The notes beneath the pieces are model-generated. The model ran no database searches. It was not told where the DNA came from and saw nothing but the letters and a program-made list of their open reading frames with translations. The translations under genes and the position numbers were made by a program. Shown piece after piece: positions 11,033-22,400 of a stretch of 64,000 nucleotides of DNA; within the stretch, counting starts at the first letter, position 1, and each line of letters starts with the position of its first letter. Origin of the DNA: Harriotta raleighana (Eukaryota); NCBI GenBank assembly GCA_050575255.1, contig JBNZDD010013686.1, forward strand, positions 5,809,468 to 5,873,467. The letters run 5' to 3'.

Positions 11033-12979
11033 GAAGTTTGAACAAGTCTGCAATGTGTATGAGTATTTACAAAATGCCTGCTGTAAAATATTTTTCAAAT
11101 ATATTTTCCCAGTGATTTACATTCAGTTAGTGGCTTCCTTTTGTGTCACACATAGATGGCAATATAATCTTTTGAAAGTGTCACTTTGTTTAAATTTTTC
11201 TTCATCTTACAACACTCTTATTTTGGAAAAATTGAGAATTATGGTGCAGGCAATGGTTCCGCCTGCCAGAAATAATAAGAATTGCATTTGATATAGCGCT
11301 TTCACATCTTCTACACATCTCCAAAGCACTTCAAATAATATACTGTAAAGTGAATTGACTGTAAATATGTGGGTGAAATGATGACAATACAGAACACACT
11401 GTATCCTAAATCAAACAGAAAGATATGCAAATATTACACTTGCAGAATTGAAAGCAACAGTCAAAAACTCAGAGGTAACTTGCCTTTTCAAATGGCGTCA
11501 CTTCAATGGAAACGAATGGAAGACTTAACTCACCAGAAAGGAAAATGGTTATTTTAACATTGCTGTGAGCTGCTGCTCCGGGTGATAGGCGCTATTATAT
11601 ATGTAAGTGGTTGTCGTTTATAATTTGCTGAAAATGGTACAACTCCCACAAAAGATAATAATAATCCCTATAATGGAAGCCATTTGAATCTATTTTGTCC
11701 ACGAAATATGCACTCCACTTTACAATATATTCTGTGAAGTGCTTTGCTACGTCTCGCCAATACGATAAGGCACTGCAACAAATGTAATGATTGTTATTAT
11801 TCATTACACACAAAGTCAGCAGTGTATTGAAATTGTAATTGATTTCATGTTAATCATAACTGCTCATTGATGCAATTATTTTGTGTTTGATTTGGATTAT
11901 TTTCAGTTTAAAACGGATCTGTAATGAAACCTTTTGGGATGGTCTGGTTTGGGAAGGTCTTGGGACTTGCGTACAGTTTAAAATTATAGGGCTTCAATTT
12001 AAAAATGCTTGTTTTATGCAACTAGCACATGGCACAGTAAGTAAATATAGCGCCTCTCAATATAGCAGATTTCTAGAATGCGTCCTTAATTTTTTCAGTT
12101 GTACTTTTGTACATTGTAAGAGCTACAAACATAATTGAGGCTATTGTTAACAATGTAGGATTTTTTACTAAAAAAAACTGCATTGAGCAACATTGCCTAG
12201 AGAAGATTATTCATGTGACTTAAATCTACGTTTTTTAAAAAGCCTAATGAATTAGAATGTACAAATCCTCAAACCCTTGTTTTGTTTTGCGTTATCAATC
12301 AAGTATACAGTATATCCGTACTTTTGTTTCTCAGCAGAAAATAATAAGTTTTGCGCAATGTAGCCACAACTAATTTCAGCTGTTCTTGGTGTGGATGTAG
12401 GAATATCGGGTCAATCTCTGAGATACCATTACATTCGTCGTAAACACTTTGCACCCAAATAATTATAAGGTCAGGGGTCTCGGTCTCTCCAGACAAGGGA
12501 ATGGAAGAACCAGCCAGTGGAAACAAAGGGGAAAATATTTGACTTCACAATTTATCTGAGGAGTTTTATCAAATGGAACAAAATTGCTGCAGAGAACCGT
12601 ACTGGGTTCAGAACCTCCTGTTTTGACCAAATGATGAATTTATTCTTACTCGCTGCAAGCAATGTTGTTGAAGAAGATAGTCACCGTTAGTGACTTGTTA
12701 CAGCTCCAATGCCGTGTACTTTCTTTGCAGCGTTTTGTGGTGCTTATGCAAAGTGGAAACCGTCGGATCTTTATCCTTGATGTGTTGAGAATGTTGTAAA
12801 TTGTGCTGCACTAAGAATGTGGTGACTTATAGAACATAAGGACAAATAAATGGTGGTAGCCATTTTTTTTTAAACTTGAATTTTCTAAAGGGAATTGTGC
12901 ATGAGTTCCCGTTGATTCCAGTCTGTCACAAGTCACATTTGATTGATAAGCTGGCATTTTACACAGTTGATAATTCAAC

Positions 12980-12985
12980 AATAAA
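12980..12985 (+). terminator. Candidate polyadenylation signal of HSF3-like mRNA (~2 kb 3' UTR)
   Basis: AATAAA followed by GT/T-rich sequence (tgtgtctgg...ctttgtgttctgttt); an alternative AATAAA lies at 12845-12850. Confidence 0.45.
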
Positions 12986-14749
12986 TGTGTCTGGATTCAT
13001 CTTTGTGTTCTGTTTGAGTAGTCATTAACATTAATAATAATCCTTGCATTTGAAATAGCGCTTTTCATGTTTTCTAGACGTTGCAAAGTGCTTCACAGAA
13101 TAAACTGTCAAGGGAATTGACTATATTTGTGGGCGAAATGCGGCAGCCGATTGCGCACAGCAGCGTCCCACAAACAGTCGCGGATTGAAATGATCAATTT
13201 TATTGTGTTTTTTGTTTGTACATTAATCTGGTTTGGACATAATCACCAGACCATGAATTCTAAAAAGAAAAGGAGCTATTTCATAGTAAGGTTTTTAATG
13301 CTGACTGGTGTCTTTGGGGCTCTTCTTAGTCTTTTAAGTGGTTTCATTTACTTGCAATTGTATTTTAGCATTCTCTTGGCCACTTTGATGCCTGTAACAC
13401 AATAACTGAGTTATATAGCCACATGATCATATCACCACAATGCAAAATGTTAAAAAAAATTCTAAGTTTCCCTTATGAAATTAAATATGTTTTACTGTCT
13501 GAGCCAACTTCCAGCTAAAAGAGAATTCACAAAAGAGGAACCTATTCAGCCTAGGAACCTATTCAGGACGACAGCCTGATTTTCTCTTGGTTCAGTTGTC
13601 AGCACTTTGCTTAATTATGACTCATGGTCATGTAGCAAAAGTCTGTTATTCTTCTCCCAAAAGGTGTAAGGAAGTTGAATTTTATGCATGATGTTTCCAT
13701 TCTGGTTTCCAAGCTAAATGCTGCTTAATAATCAACAACAACATAACAACAAAATTACATTTGTAGAGCGCTTTTTCCTGATAAAGTTTCAGGGCAGTAT
13801 TTTTCTGCATTATGTACATATAATAACAACAATCCTTCAGATCCCATTGACCCTAAAGGTGTTTCTGTTGTACTATACTGAGTTTTGCAGGTGATAAACT
13901 ACTGCAAAGATATGTTAATCAGCATCATTCATGGTTTGCTCTGTTAATAAATAGAGGAGATGCGTTGAGATATACGTTTGTGAGTGTGAGCCTCACTTGC
14001 TGCTTCTTTTATTAAAAGCAGAATTAAGGCATTATTAACTAAGGCTAACTGTAGGGAAGTTTCCTTACTCCACAAGCCTTTGTTTACCTAGGGGTAGGTA
14101 GGAACACAGATGTTAGTCGATTGGCAGATTGCTTTCTGGGAGTAATCATCCCTCAAAATAAATAAATGTCATTAATCCACGACTGTGGGACACTGCTTTG
14201 TGCAACTGGCAGCCAGCTGCGTTCCGGCCAGAAAATACATGCAGTAAACTCTACAATAAATTGTGTGAAGCGCTTTGAGAGATCTCAACAACCTGGTAAG
14301 GCTGTATCAAATATTGTTAGGGTCCCAACTTTGGACATTAGAAATATAACACTTTGAACATACATCTTTATGCTTCAGAGATGAAAATGCTACCACTGAA
14401 CCAGGCGACATATTGTCATCAAAATCTAAATGTATTGTAGTTACTCACTGTCATCTGATCTGTAACACCTACCAGTGTTACACAACAAAGCCTCAAATCC
14501 GCCTCTAATTTAAGAAAAAAGGAAATGGATTGAGAAATGGTAATTTTCCCAAGGAGGAAATGACTTATGCAGTGAAGTGATTTGTTGTATGTCAATACAG
14601 TGTTCTGTGTTAATCACTTACATAATATGTTTGATTCTAAGAAAAATATCAGTTGTTAATATCTGAATTTTTCTTCAGTTACCTAATTAACTAATGCTTC
14701 TATGCACAAATGGCAAAAATAGTGCGCCTTATTGGCCTATTATTCTATA

Positions 14750-15360
14750 CAACTACAACAAAACGACATTTGTTTAGCCTTTTTGATATTTGGAAGACAT
14801 CCCAAGGTGCTGGACAATCAATGTTTCAGACAGGGAGGGTGGAGGGCAGACGAGGAAGTTGGGTGGCCGAAGGCACGGTCGAAGGGGAGGGTCTTGGAAG
14901 GAGGCAAGGGAGGGGGCTAGTTGGAGGGACTGCAGGACGGAGTTCCAGAGGATGGGGGTAGAGTGGTAGAAGATACACCTGCCACCGGTGAGACGGACAA
15001 GTTGGGAACATGAAGCAGAGCAGAGCCCCTGAGTAGAGGGAGCAGGTAGTTTGGTAGTTGATTAGGAGGTCACAATGATAAGGGGGAGCAAGGGCTTTAG
15101 GAGGGGAGGACCATGATCTTGAACTGTATCTTCTGTGTGATGGGAAGCCAGTGGAGTTGGGCAAGGACGAGGCTGATAGGGGACCGGGAGCCTGGTACGG
15201 GAGAGAACATGGGCTGCAGAGTTCTAGATGATCTGCAGCCTATGGAGGGAGGAATTGGGGAGGACGACAAGCAGAGAGCAGCCTAGGTGTAATGCGTGTA
15301 TGATGGTCACGGTGACCTGTGGTGTGAGACAGTGGCAGAGCTAGGCATTGTGCGAAGGTG
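14750..15360 (-). mobile_element. L2-clade LINE 3' fragment
   Basis: Same purine-rich 3' UTR and tail as 2950-3370; degenerate ORF2 upstream. Confidence 0.75.
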
Positions 15361-15779
15361 GGGGAATTTCACAACAGATGTGGTTCATGCACCCAACAAA
15401 GTGAGTTTCTGCTTTCTGCCCCGACAATGACACAGTATTGAGCTAAGATGATTTGATTACTCAAACAATTATCATTTGCATTTTTATTAAAGATTCTTTG
15501 ATTTATTCTCAAATAAAGTTATGCTTCCATATTTCTAAGTTCTTCTGGCTAAGAAGTTATCACAAGTAATCTTAATTCTTTGTGTGATTTTGTAACTCAT
15601 TGCATATTGGATGTGGATTGGTGCTTTTTGACCACCTGACATCATGCTCATTGCTGCAATAATAATGTCTAATGTTTCATAATATTTGCTTGAAACCAAC
15701 AAGTTAATCGATTACTATATGTACGATAACGAGCTGATAAAATTCTCTGCAGAAGTGAAAATAAATCTTTTAAAGATGG

Positions 15780-15840
15780 AACCACAAGTATTGGCTGACA
15801 CACTTTTTTTTTACACAAATTGGAAGAAAAAAGGAAGTTT
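15780..15840 (+). promoter_or_regulatory. Candidate myeloid proximal promoter of the VSIG4-like gene (RUNX, C/EBP, PU.1 motifs)
   Basis: AACCACA at 15780, TTACACAA at 15811 and AAAAAAGGAAGT at ~15827, all 90-150 nt upstream of ATG 15932. Confidence 0.45.
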
Positions 15841-15931
15841 CTTTTACGTAGCCTATCTAACAATAGACTTATTACATTCTCAGTGGAGTTCACATAGGCA
15901 TCTGCATTCGCTACACTCACAAAGCCATATC

Positions 15932-15986
15932 ATGGAGAAGAAGCAAGCTTGTCCAATTTTATTTTTAATTTTAGGGCTGGATTTTG
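15932..15986 (+). CDS. VSIG4: VSIG4-like exon 1, signal peptide (MEKKQACPILFLILGLDF-G)
   Basis: ATCATGG Kozak context, hydrophobic core, G|gtgagt phase-1 donor; 55 nt. Confidence 0.85.
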
Positions 15987-18965
15987 GTGAGTGTTAAAAC
16001 TTTTATCAACGTGCTTTCTGAAATTAGCTTATATTGTGTGTATCACCATATATTTACAATTATAACCCTTTACTACTTAGAATAAACTATATCTGGAACA
16101 CTGCTGTTCTGATATAATTACACTGGCTGAAGCTGAGGGTTAATATTGCTCAATTCTGTATATACTGTATATTTGGGATATACTGTAAAGTGAATTGATT
16201 TTGTGGATGAAATATTAAGGTAAAAATTGATTAAAAATGAATTTCCAGACACAGTAAAGCGCTGCTCAAAAGTCTTGAGATACATTGATACCATCTGCTC
16301 TTTCTGGTTGCGTGGATCAAATTGTACATTGTAGCTGCGTATTTCTTCTGTGTGCACTGGAAATAATATTTAATCAATACGTCAATAATGCTGAATTGAC
16401 ATGAAGTTCATCCGTTTTTGCAGGTGGTTCGTCCGAGCTCTTTGCTCCACGGACAGTTACAGGACAGTTGAAAAGATCGATAGCCCTACCATGTTGGTAC
16501 GAGTCATCCCTTTTGTATAGAGAAACACGAGTAATCTGGTACTTTGGGAAGAACACCCTTATTCTACACAGAGATGCATCAGAGGTGTACCATTTCCATT
16601 CACACAACCAGAAAAAATTCAGTATAACCAGTCGTCCTCGTTCTGGTAATGTCTCACTTACCCTTGAACACCTGCAGTACAGTGACATGGGAACCTATAC
16701 TTGTGAGGTGACATTTCGGCACATATTCTTTCAGAAAAGGACCATGAAAGAATCGGCCGTCATCACTTTATTTGTGGAAAGATGTAAGTCAATGACCTTT
16801 ACATTCATCATAATAATAATAATAATAATCCTTACATCTGATATCGCGGCTTTTCACATTTTTATCAACGTCTCAAAGCGCTTCACAGAATGTAACTGTA
16901 AAGTGAATTGACTGTTTATTTGTGCGGCGGAAATGTGGCAATTTTACCCTACCAAGTCAGTCCTGTAGCTCAGTGGTCAGAGAACTTGCTTTACAAGTGT
17001 GAGACCTATGTTTGAATCCAGGCAGGTCAGGGTGAAACTTTGGGCAAGTTTCCTTACTCCACACACCTAATCATAATCCCTCCAAAAAAGAACACAATAA
17101 CAAAATTGATCATTTCAGTCCCAAACTGTTTGTGGGGACGCTGCTGTGCGCAATTGGCTGCTGCGTTTCGCCTACAAATATGCAGTCAATTCACTTTCCA
17201 GTATACTCTATGAAAGTGCTTTGAGATGTCTAGAAGATGTGAAAAGCGCTATATCAAATGCAAAGATTATTGTTATTGTTTTTATTATCCCAGTTTTGAC
17301 AATTTTCCTGGCATTGTGCCTTGCTCATGCAAAATGTCAGTGTTTTTAAGTATTTTTTTTTATTGCTTTCCTCCTCCCATCCTCACAGCGACTCAACCCA
17401 CTATGATGAGTGTCAAGGCAAGCAAGGGTAAGATTCTAATGATTAAGCTTCTTCCTCAACTGTGCCTATGGTCACTTTCCCCCTCCCCCCTCCCCCTGCA
17501 TCGGTCTCTGTCACTGATAAACGCTCCGAGATGCTGTCCAGCATGAAGGGCGTTATGTCAATGCAAGTTGTTGTTGTTAACATGACATTTACACCTGCAG
17601 TAAATGATTTATTTATGAGCACTTGATTTATTTATGAGCAAGAGATCAACGCATTCAGATTATTCTCTATTTTCTCTATATCTCTATTTTCACTTCCGTT
17701 CTAGCGATAGATTGCGCTATCCTGTAGCTCAGTGGTTAGAGCACTTGCCTTACAAGGGGGAGACCTGGGTTCTATTCCAGGCAGGTCAGGGCGAAACCTT
17801 GGGCAAGTTTTCTTACTCCACACGCCTGATAATAATCCCTCCAAAAAAAAACAGTCATTTCAATCCATAGCTGTTTGTGGGGACACTGCTGTGCACAATT
17901 GGCTGCCGCAGTTCGCCCACATAGGTACATTCAATTCATTTTACATTCTGTGAAGCGCTTTGCGATGTCTAGAAGACATGATAAGGCACTATATCAAATG
18001 CAAGGATTATTATTATTATTATTCTTGCCACACTGCAGGCAACAACAACAACACCAACAAGCAAAGTGATATTGACACAGATCAGGTAGTGTTACAGAAT
18101 GACCAAGGTGTAAGGTGCCTCTTTAGCATCCGAGACCGCTCATATCACTAGTGTTGGGATGGACACACAGTGGCTGAAAGTGAGAAACAAGTCCAGTGCT
18201 GATTAGCTGGCATATCAGCGACGACCTGAAGGGTTGGAAGCCAAACTTGACAGCCAATGCTTTTCACAGGCCATTTAGAACAACAGGATATAGTGCTCCT
18301 CACCCAGGGTAGGGTCCCAGACTGGGTTGGGTGGGGGGGGGCGGTCATGAGAAGGAGGAAGAGGGTCTAAATTTAGTGAAGCCATAATGGATTTTAAAAA
18401 CTGTTTGGTTCAGCATCTGGAATAATTGGATTTAAATCTCTCCGCAGTTACTGATCTTCCTCCAGCTTTAGAAGGCTCTGCTGAAGATTCTCAACAGGCG
18501 TCAGAGCAGCCAGTATTCCCTGGAGGAGAATTTAATGAAAAACCTGAAGGTGGTTAAGCAGTTTTTTTTAAATGCACACGTAAACAATCTAATCCAGTCT
18601 CAATACTGTGGGCACCTAATAAGAGCTTTTTTTGTTGTTGTTGTCGTCTGGAGATGAATGATTAGAACAATAATAATACATGTTTTAAATAACAATTAAT
18701 AATCTTTGCATTTGAAACAGCGCTTTCCTCATCTTCTAGACCAGTGGTTCTCAACCAGGGGAACGTGTAGCTCAGGGGGGACAAAATTACTTCCAGGAGG
18801 TACAGGTGGTGGTACATTGATGTATTTAGCTCTTTTATTTAGCGTTTTATAGCCTTTCAAATTGTATCCTGTATTTAATTGTTATTCCCCTTATTTTGTA
18901 TGTGCTAGTTATTTTGTTAAATAAGAAAAGCTTGGTCATAAAATATAAGCGGAATGAACGGGGTG

Positions 18966-18996
<31 letters not shown>

Positions 18997-21131
18997 GTTG
19001 AGTGGGGGTACACAATAATGTTGAAAATTAACAAGGGGTACGTACATTACTGAAAATGGTTGAGAACCACTGGTCTAGACATCTATTAGAGACATCCTCC
19101 GATTGCTATATAGATGTAAATTGTTGTGGTTGTTGTTGTTGTTGCAGTCAAGCACCTTTGTGCTGATTTACAGCAATTAATGGCAGCAAGGGTTCGATTC
19201 TTGTCGCAAGAAAGGAATCCAATAGACTTTGCAATAGCTGTTCTGAGAGAGTGAACACTGTCCTGTAGAGTGAAATCTGTAACACCAGAGGGCCTCATTG
19301 GCCTACTCATTCTATGGTCAGAAGTTAAACGATTACTTTGCCCTGCACAGGCCAGAGTGAGAGAGAACATGGATTCTCCAAACTCAGAGGAACAGTTGGG
19401 AGGAGACCGCAATTCTAATCTTGAAAAGAAATAAACATCATATGTTAGTGTGGTGTGGACTGCCAGTTAAGGGGGATATTAAACATCCCAAAATTTAAGG
19501 GAGTTTCTCCCGGTTTCCTGGCCAACAATCTCCCAAATACAAATTGATTGTTTGCTTAATAGGTGTTTCTGTGTGTATAAATGAGCTGCCGTCTTCTACC
19601 AAATACACAGGCGTTACACTTTATCCATATACTGTATGATGTTAGGCGCTTTGAGATATCTTACTGATGTGAAATGATTTATCAATTATGAATCTGTTTC
19701 CCTGTATTCTTCCAGTGTCCAGCAGGATTGAAATTGCGCTCTGGGTATTCGTGCTGTCGATCATCCTGATTCTAGTATTTTGTGTTATTGTCACTGTCAC
19801 CATCATTCTCCAGTCAAGGAAGAAGAGAGGTAAGACTGAATCTTACCTATAGCATAATTACTTTTGGGAGAAATGATTACCCTACTCCGCCCCCTCCCCC
19901 AGCCCACCACCCCTAACCATGAAAAAAAAATGCTTCTCCGGAAAAAAGCTCTCAGGGAAGATAGACATGTGGAATCCTGTGGCTCAGGGGTTAACTCACT
20001 CGTCCCACAAGAGAGAGACCTGGGTTTGATTCCCGGCAGGTCAGGGCAAAATCTCGGGCAAGTTTCCTTACTCCACACGCCTAATAATAATCCCTAAAAA
20101 AAAACCAATAATAATTTGGTTACTCATTCCACAACTGTTTTTGGGAACACTGTTGTGCGCAATTGGCTGCTGCATTTTTCCCACAAATATGCAGTCAATT
20201 CACTTTACAGTGTGTTCCGTGAGGCACTTTGAGACATCTCAAAGTGAAGACCTGAAAAGCGCCATAGCAAATGCAAGGATTATTACTATTACTTGATATC
20301 ACACAGTAGGAAGGACTCCCTGTTTCCTGACTTTTTTTTCCACAAAGAGTTTAACATTTATATTCTAAAGTCTTGCCTTTGTTCTTTTTTTCCCCCCAGG
20401 AAACGTGCACCAATCGCCATGGTAGGACACAGTTTATCTTCTGCTCGTCTCTTTCAATGTGTGAGGCGCTTATACCAATGTCATTTGTTGTCGCTGTTGC
20501 TGTTGTTGTGGTTGTTGGAAGCTTGGCATTTTCTGTAAGATACTGTAAGGTGTTAATTGTTTTAATACGCACTCCTTCCATGCCTTGCAGGAATAAAAAT
20601 TATATTTTTAGAATTCTACCATCAAGGAATTTTTACAGTTATTCAATCCATCGTGCACTCAGTAAGAGCTAAGGCATATTTTCCCACCTCCCTGCCCGCT
20701 CCCTATGATAAAATGCAGCAGCAAATGCGATCTGCCTTTGCCTTTAACAGCACAGTACTTTGCGTCTCAGTCACAGTAACCTACCAACAAACTGTAGACA
20801 AAAAAAAATTGTCGTTGAGATGTCTCAAAGCGCTTCACAGCGTATAATGTAAAGTGAATGGAGTGTGTTTGTTGGGCGATACGTTAGCCACAACCGTTGC
20901 ATTCCTTGCATCCTTTTCAATTGTCGCCCCCAACTCATTGTGACTTTTTTGTCTTTTTCGATCTGCAGCGTCACGTACGAAAATTTCCCCCAAGTTTTAG
21001 CGGCGAGCGACCAAGAGTTTGAATCCAGTCACGAGTACGAGATGATGAACCAGACCAATGAGAACGAATATACGGTGATGTCGGGAGCTTTTCCCAGAGA
21101 AATTGAAGAATTGTATATTTCAGTGCAATGA
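15932..21131 (+). CDS. VSIG4: V-set immunoglobulin domain type I membrane protein, VSIG4/CRIg-like (7 coding exons, ~284 aa)
   Basis: Exons of 55,360,39,102,114,22,163 nt join in frame: signal peptide, IgV (LPC...VIWYF...DMGTYTCEV), S/T/P/E-rich stalk, TM, Tyr-motif tail. The symbol comes from its position between HSF3 and mir-223; the sequence itself is divergent. Confidence 0.75.
16424..16783 (+). CDS. VSIG4: VSIG4-like exon 2, Ig V-set domain
   Basis: tttttgcag|GT ... T|gtaagt; phase 1-1, 360 nt; canonical Cys-Trp-DxGxYxC. Confidence 0.93.
16960..17287 (+). mobile_element. tRNA-derived Deu-core SINE, full length
   Basis: gtcctgtagctcagtgg head through atatcaaatgcaaagattatt tail. Confidence 0.92.
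17389..17427 (+). CDS. VSIG4: VSIG4-like exon 3, stalk (STQPTMMSVKASK)
   Basis: strong polypyrimidine tract + cacag|CG ... G|gtaaga; 39 nt, phase 1-1. Confidence 0.7.
17720..18022 (+). mobile_element. tRNA-derived Deu-core SINE, full length
   Basis: Head, core and (ATT)n tail present. Confidence 0.92.
18448..18549 (+). CDS. VSIG4: VSIG4-like exon 4, acidic/proline stalk (VTDLPPALEGSAEDSQQASEQPVFPGGEFNEKPE)
   Basis: ctctccgcag|TT ... G|gtggtt (alternative donor 3 nt downstream, after 18552); phase 1-1, open frame. Confidence 0.72.
18742..19072 (+). mobile_element. hAT (Charlie-like) MITE with 8-bp TSD
   Basis: Perfect 15-bp TIR CAGTGGTTCTCAACC / GGTTGAGAACCACTG; TSD TTCTAGAC / GTCTAGAC; internal (TG)n. 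Confidence 0.92.
19716..19829 (+). CDS. VSIG4: VSIG4-like exon 5, transmembrane (VSSRIEIALWVFVLSIILILVFCVIVTVTIILQSRKKR)
   Basis: cttccag|TG ... G|gtaaga; hydrophobic stretch followed by RKKR stop-transfer. Confidence 0.9.
19968..20290 (+). mobile_element. tRNA-derived Deu-core SINE
   Basis: Head gtggaatcctgtggctcagggg through tail gcaaggattatt. Confidence 0.9.
20400..20421 (+). CDS. VSIG4: VSIG4-like exon 6, 22-nt microexon (GNVHQSP-C)
   Basis: ttctttttttccccccag|GA ... TG|gtagga; converts phase 1 to the phase 2 needed by the last exon. Confidence 0.8.
20969..21131 (+). CDS. VSIG4: VSIG4-like last coding exon, cytoplasmic tail (VTYENF...YEMM...YTVM...LYISVQ*)
   Basis: tctgcag|C; in frame with ORF 20865-21131; four tyrosine motifs. 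Confidence 0.85.
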
Positions 21132-22069
21132 AAGTCTTATGTGACCTTGTGTCTCAAGGCATTGCTCATGGAATCACTAGTTCTATATATACACACACAC
21201 ATATACATACTGGAAGAACCCAGGTATGAATTGCCAGGTGTGTGCTTTTGTGTGTGTGCGTGTGTTACATCAGCTGAGTTAAGATGGAGCAGTCACTGAG
21301 GTGGTATATTTGGCTTCAGTCCTGCTGAAGTATTGGAAAATATTCTTGTTTCGAGCCTCAACCAAAAAAAGGTTTTGCAATTTTAACAGTAGTTCATTTT
21401 TTAACTACGTAATTCCGTTTTTAAGAAGGAAAATAAAAGTTGCAAATGCTGTGGTGTCATTGCTTTGACCTCTGCTAAATCTGAGACGCAATACAGTTAG
21501 TCTATGAGATTATGCATTAATTTACCATTCACCAACATTATAATCCATCTGCCACATATTTTTCTGGTCTGATTTATAGGTCAGGTCTTGAATGCGATTT
21601 AGCTTAGCTTGGTATCAGCTTGGAATTGTTTTTGTGTTAGAAACTGCACTCTTGTGCAATTCATTTATGAAGTGTGTATGGGTGGGTCTGAGTGTGTGGG
21701 TGTGAATAATGGAGAATGGGTGGCTGAGCAAATGTTTTAATCCCTATCTCCGATCACTGTTTTTTTTCCCCTCACTTGATGGCTTAACTATCTAGCACTC
21801 AACTTCTACAGTATCTTCACTGTACAATTAACTCCAGTTTTCCAAACCTAAGGTTATAAGGAAAGAGTGGGGGAGAGTGGGTGGTGGGATTTTTTTGGCG
21901 AGCTCTTTCAAAGAGCTGCCCCACGCCCTTTGTGCCCAATGGCCTCCTTCTGTAGGATTGTATGATACTCTGATTCTATGATGAGTTCCTACTCCATCGT
22001 TGACCTCTTCATGACTGGGTACAGTTCCATGGGCACTGGTCGCCCTTGACTATCCACGAAAGTGGCCAA

Positions 22070-22400
22070 TAATAATATAATAATACTAATAATCCTTGCA
22101 TTTGATATAGTGCTTTTCACATCTTATCGACATCTCACAGGATATACTGTAAAGTGAATTGACTGTATATTTGCAGGCGAAACCCAGCAGCCAATTGCGC
22201 ACAGAAGTGTCCCCATAACAGTCATGAATTGAAATGACCCATTTTTATTATTGTTGTTGTTTTTTGGACGGATTATTATCAGACGTGTGTGTGGAGTAAG
22301 GGAATTTGCTCAAGGTTTTGCCCTGATCTGCCTGGATTCGAACACAGGTCTCACGATTGGAAGGTGAGAGTGCTCTAACCACTGAGCTACAGGAACTCCA
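22070..22400 (-). mobile_element. tRNA-derived Deu-core SINE
   Basis: Reverse-complement match to the family consensus. Confidence 0.9.

Noticed and set aside
18039-18107. Possible extra stalk exon (GNNNNTNKQSDIDTDQ...) in the Ig gene
   Set aside because: The acceptor abuts a SINE tail, the body starts with an (AAC)n repeat, and the phase-compatible donor (gtgtaa) is weak.
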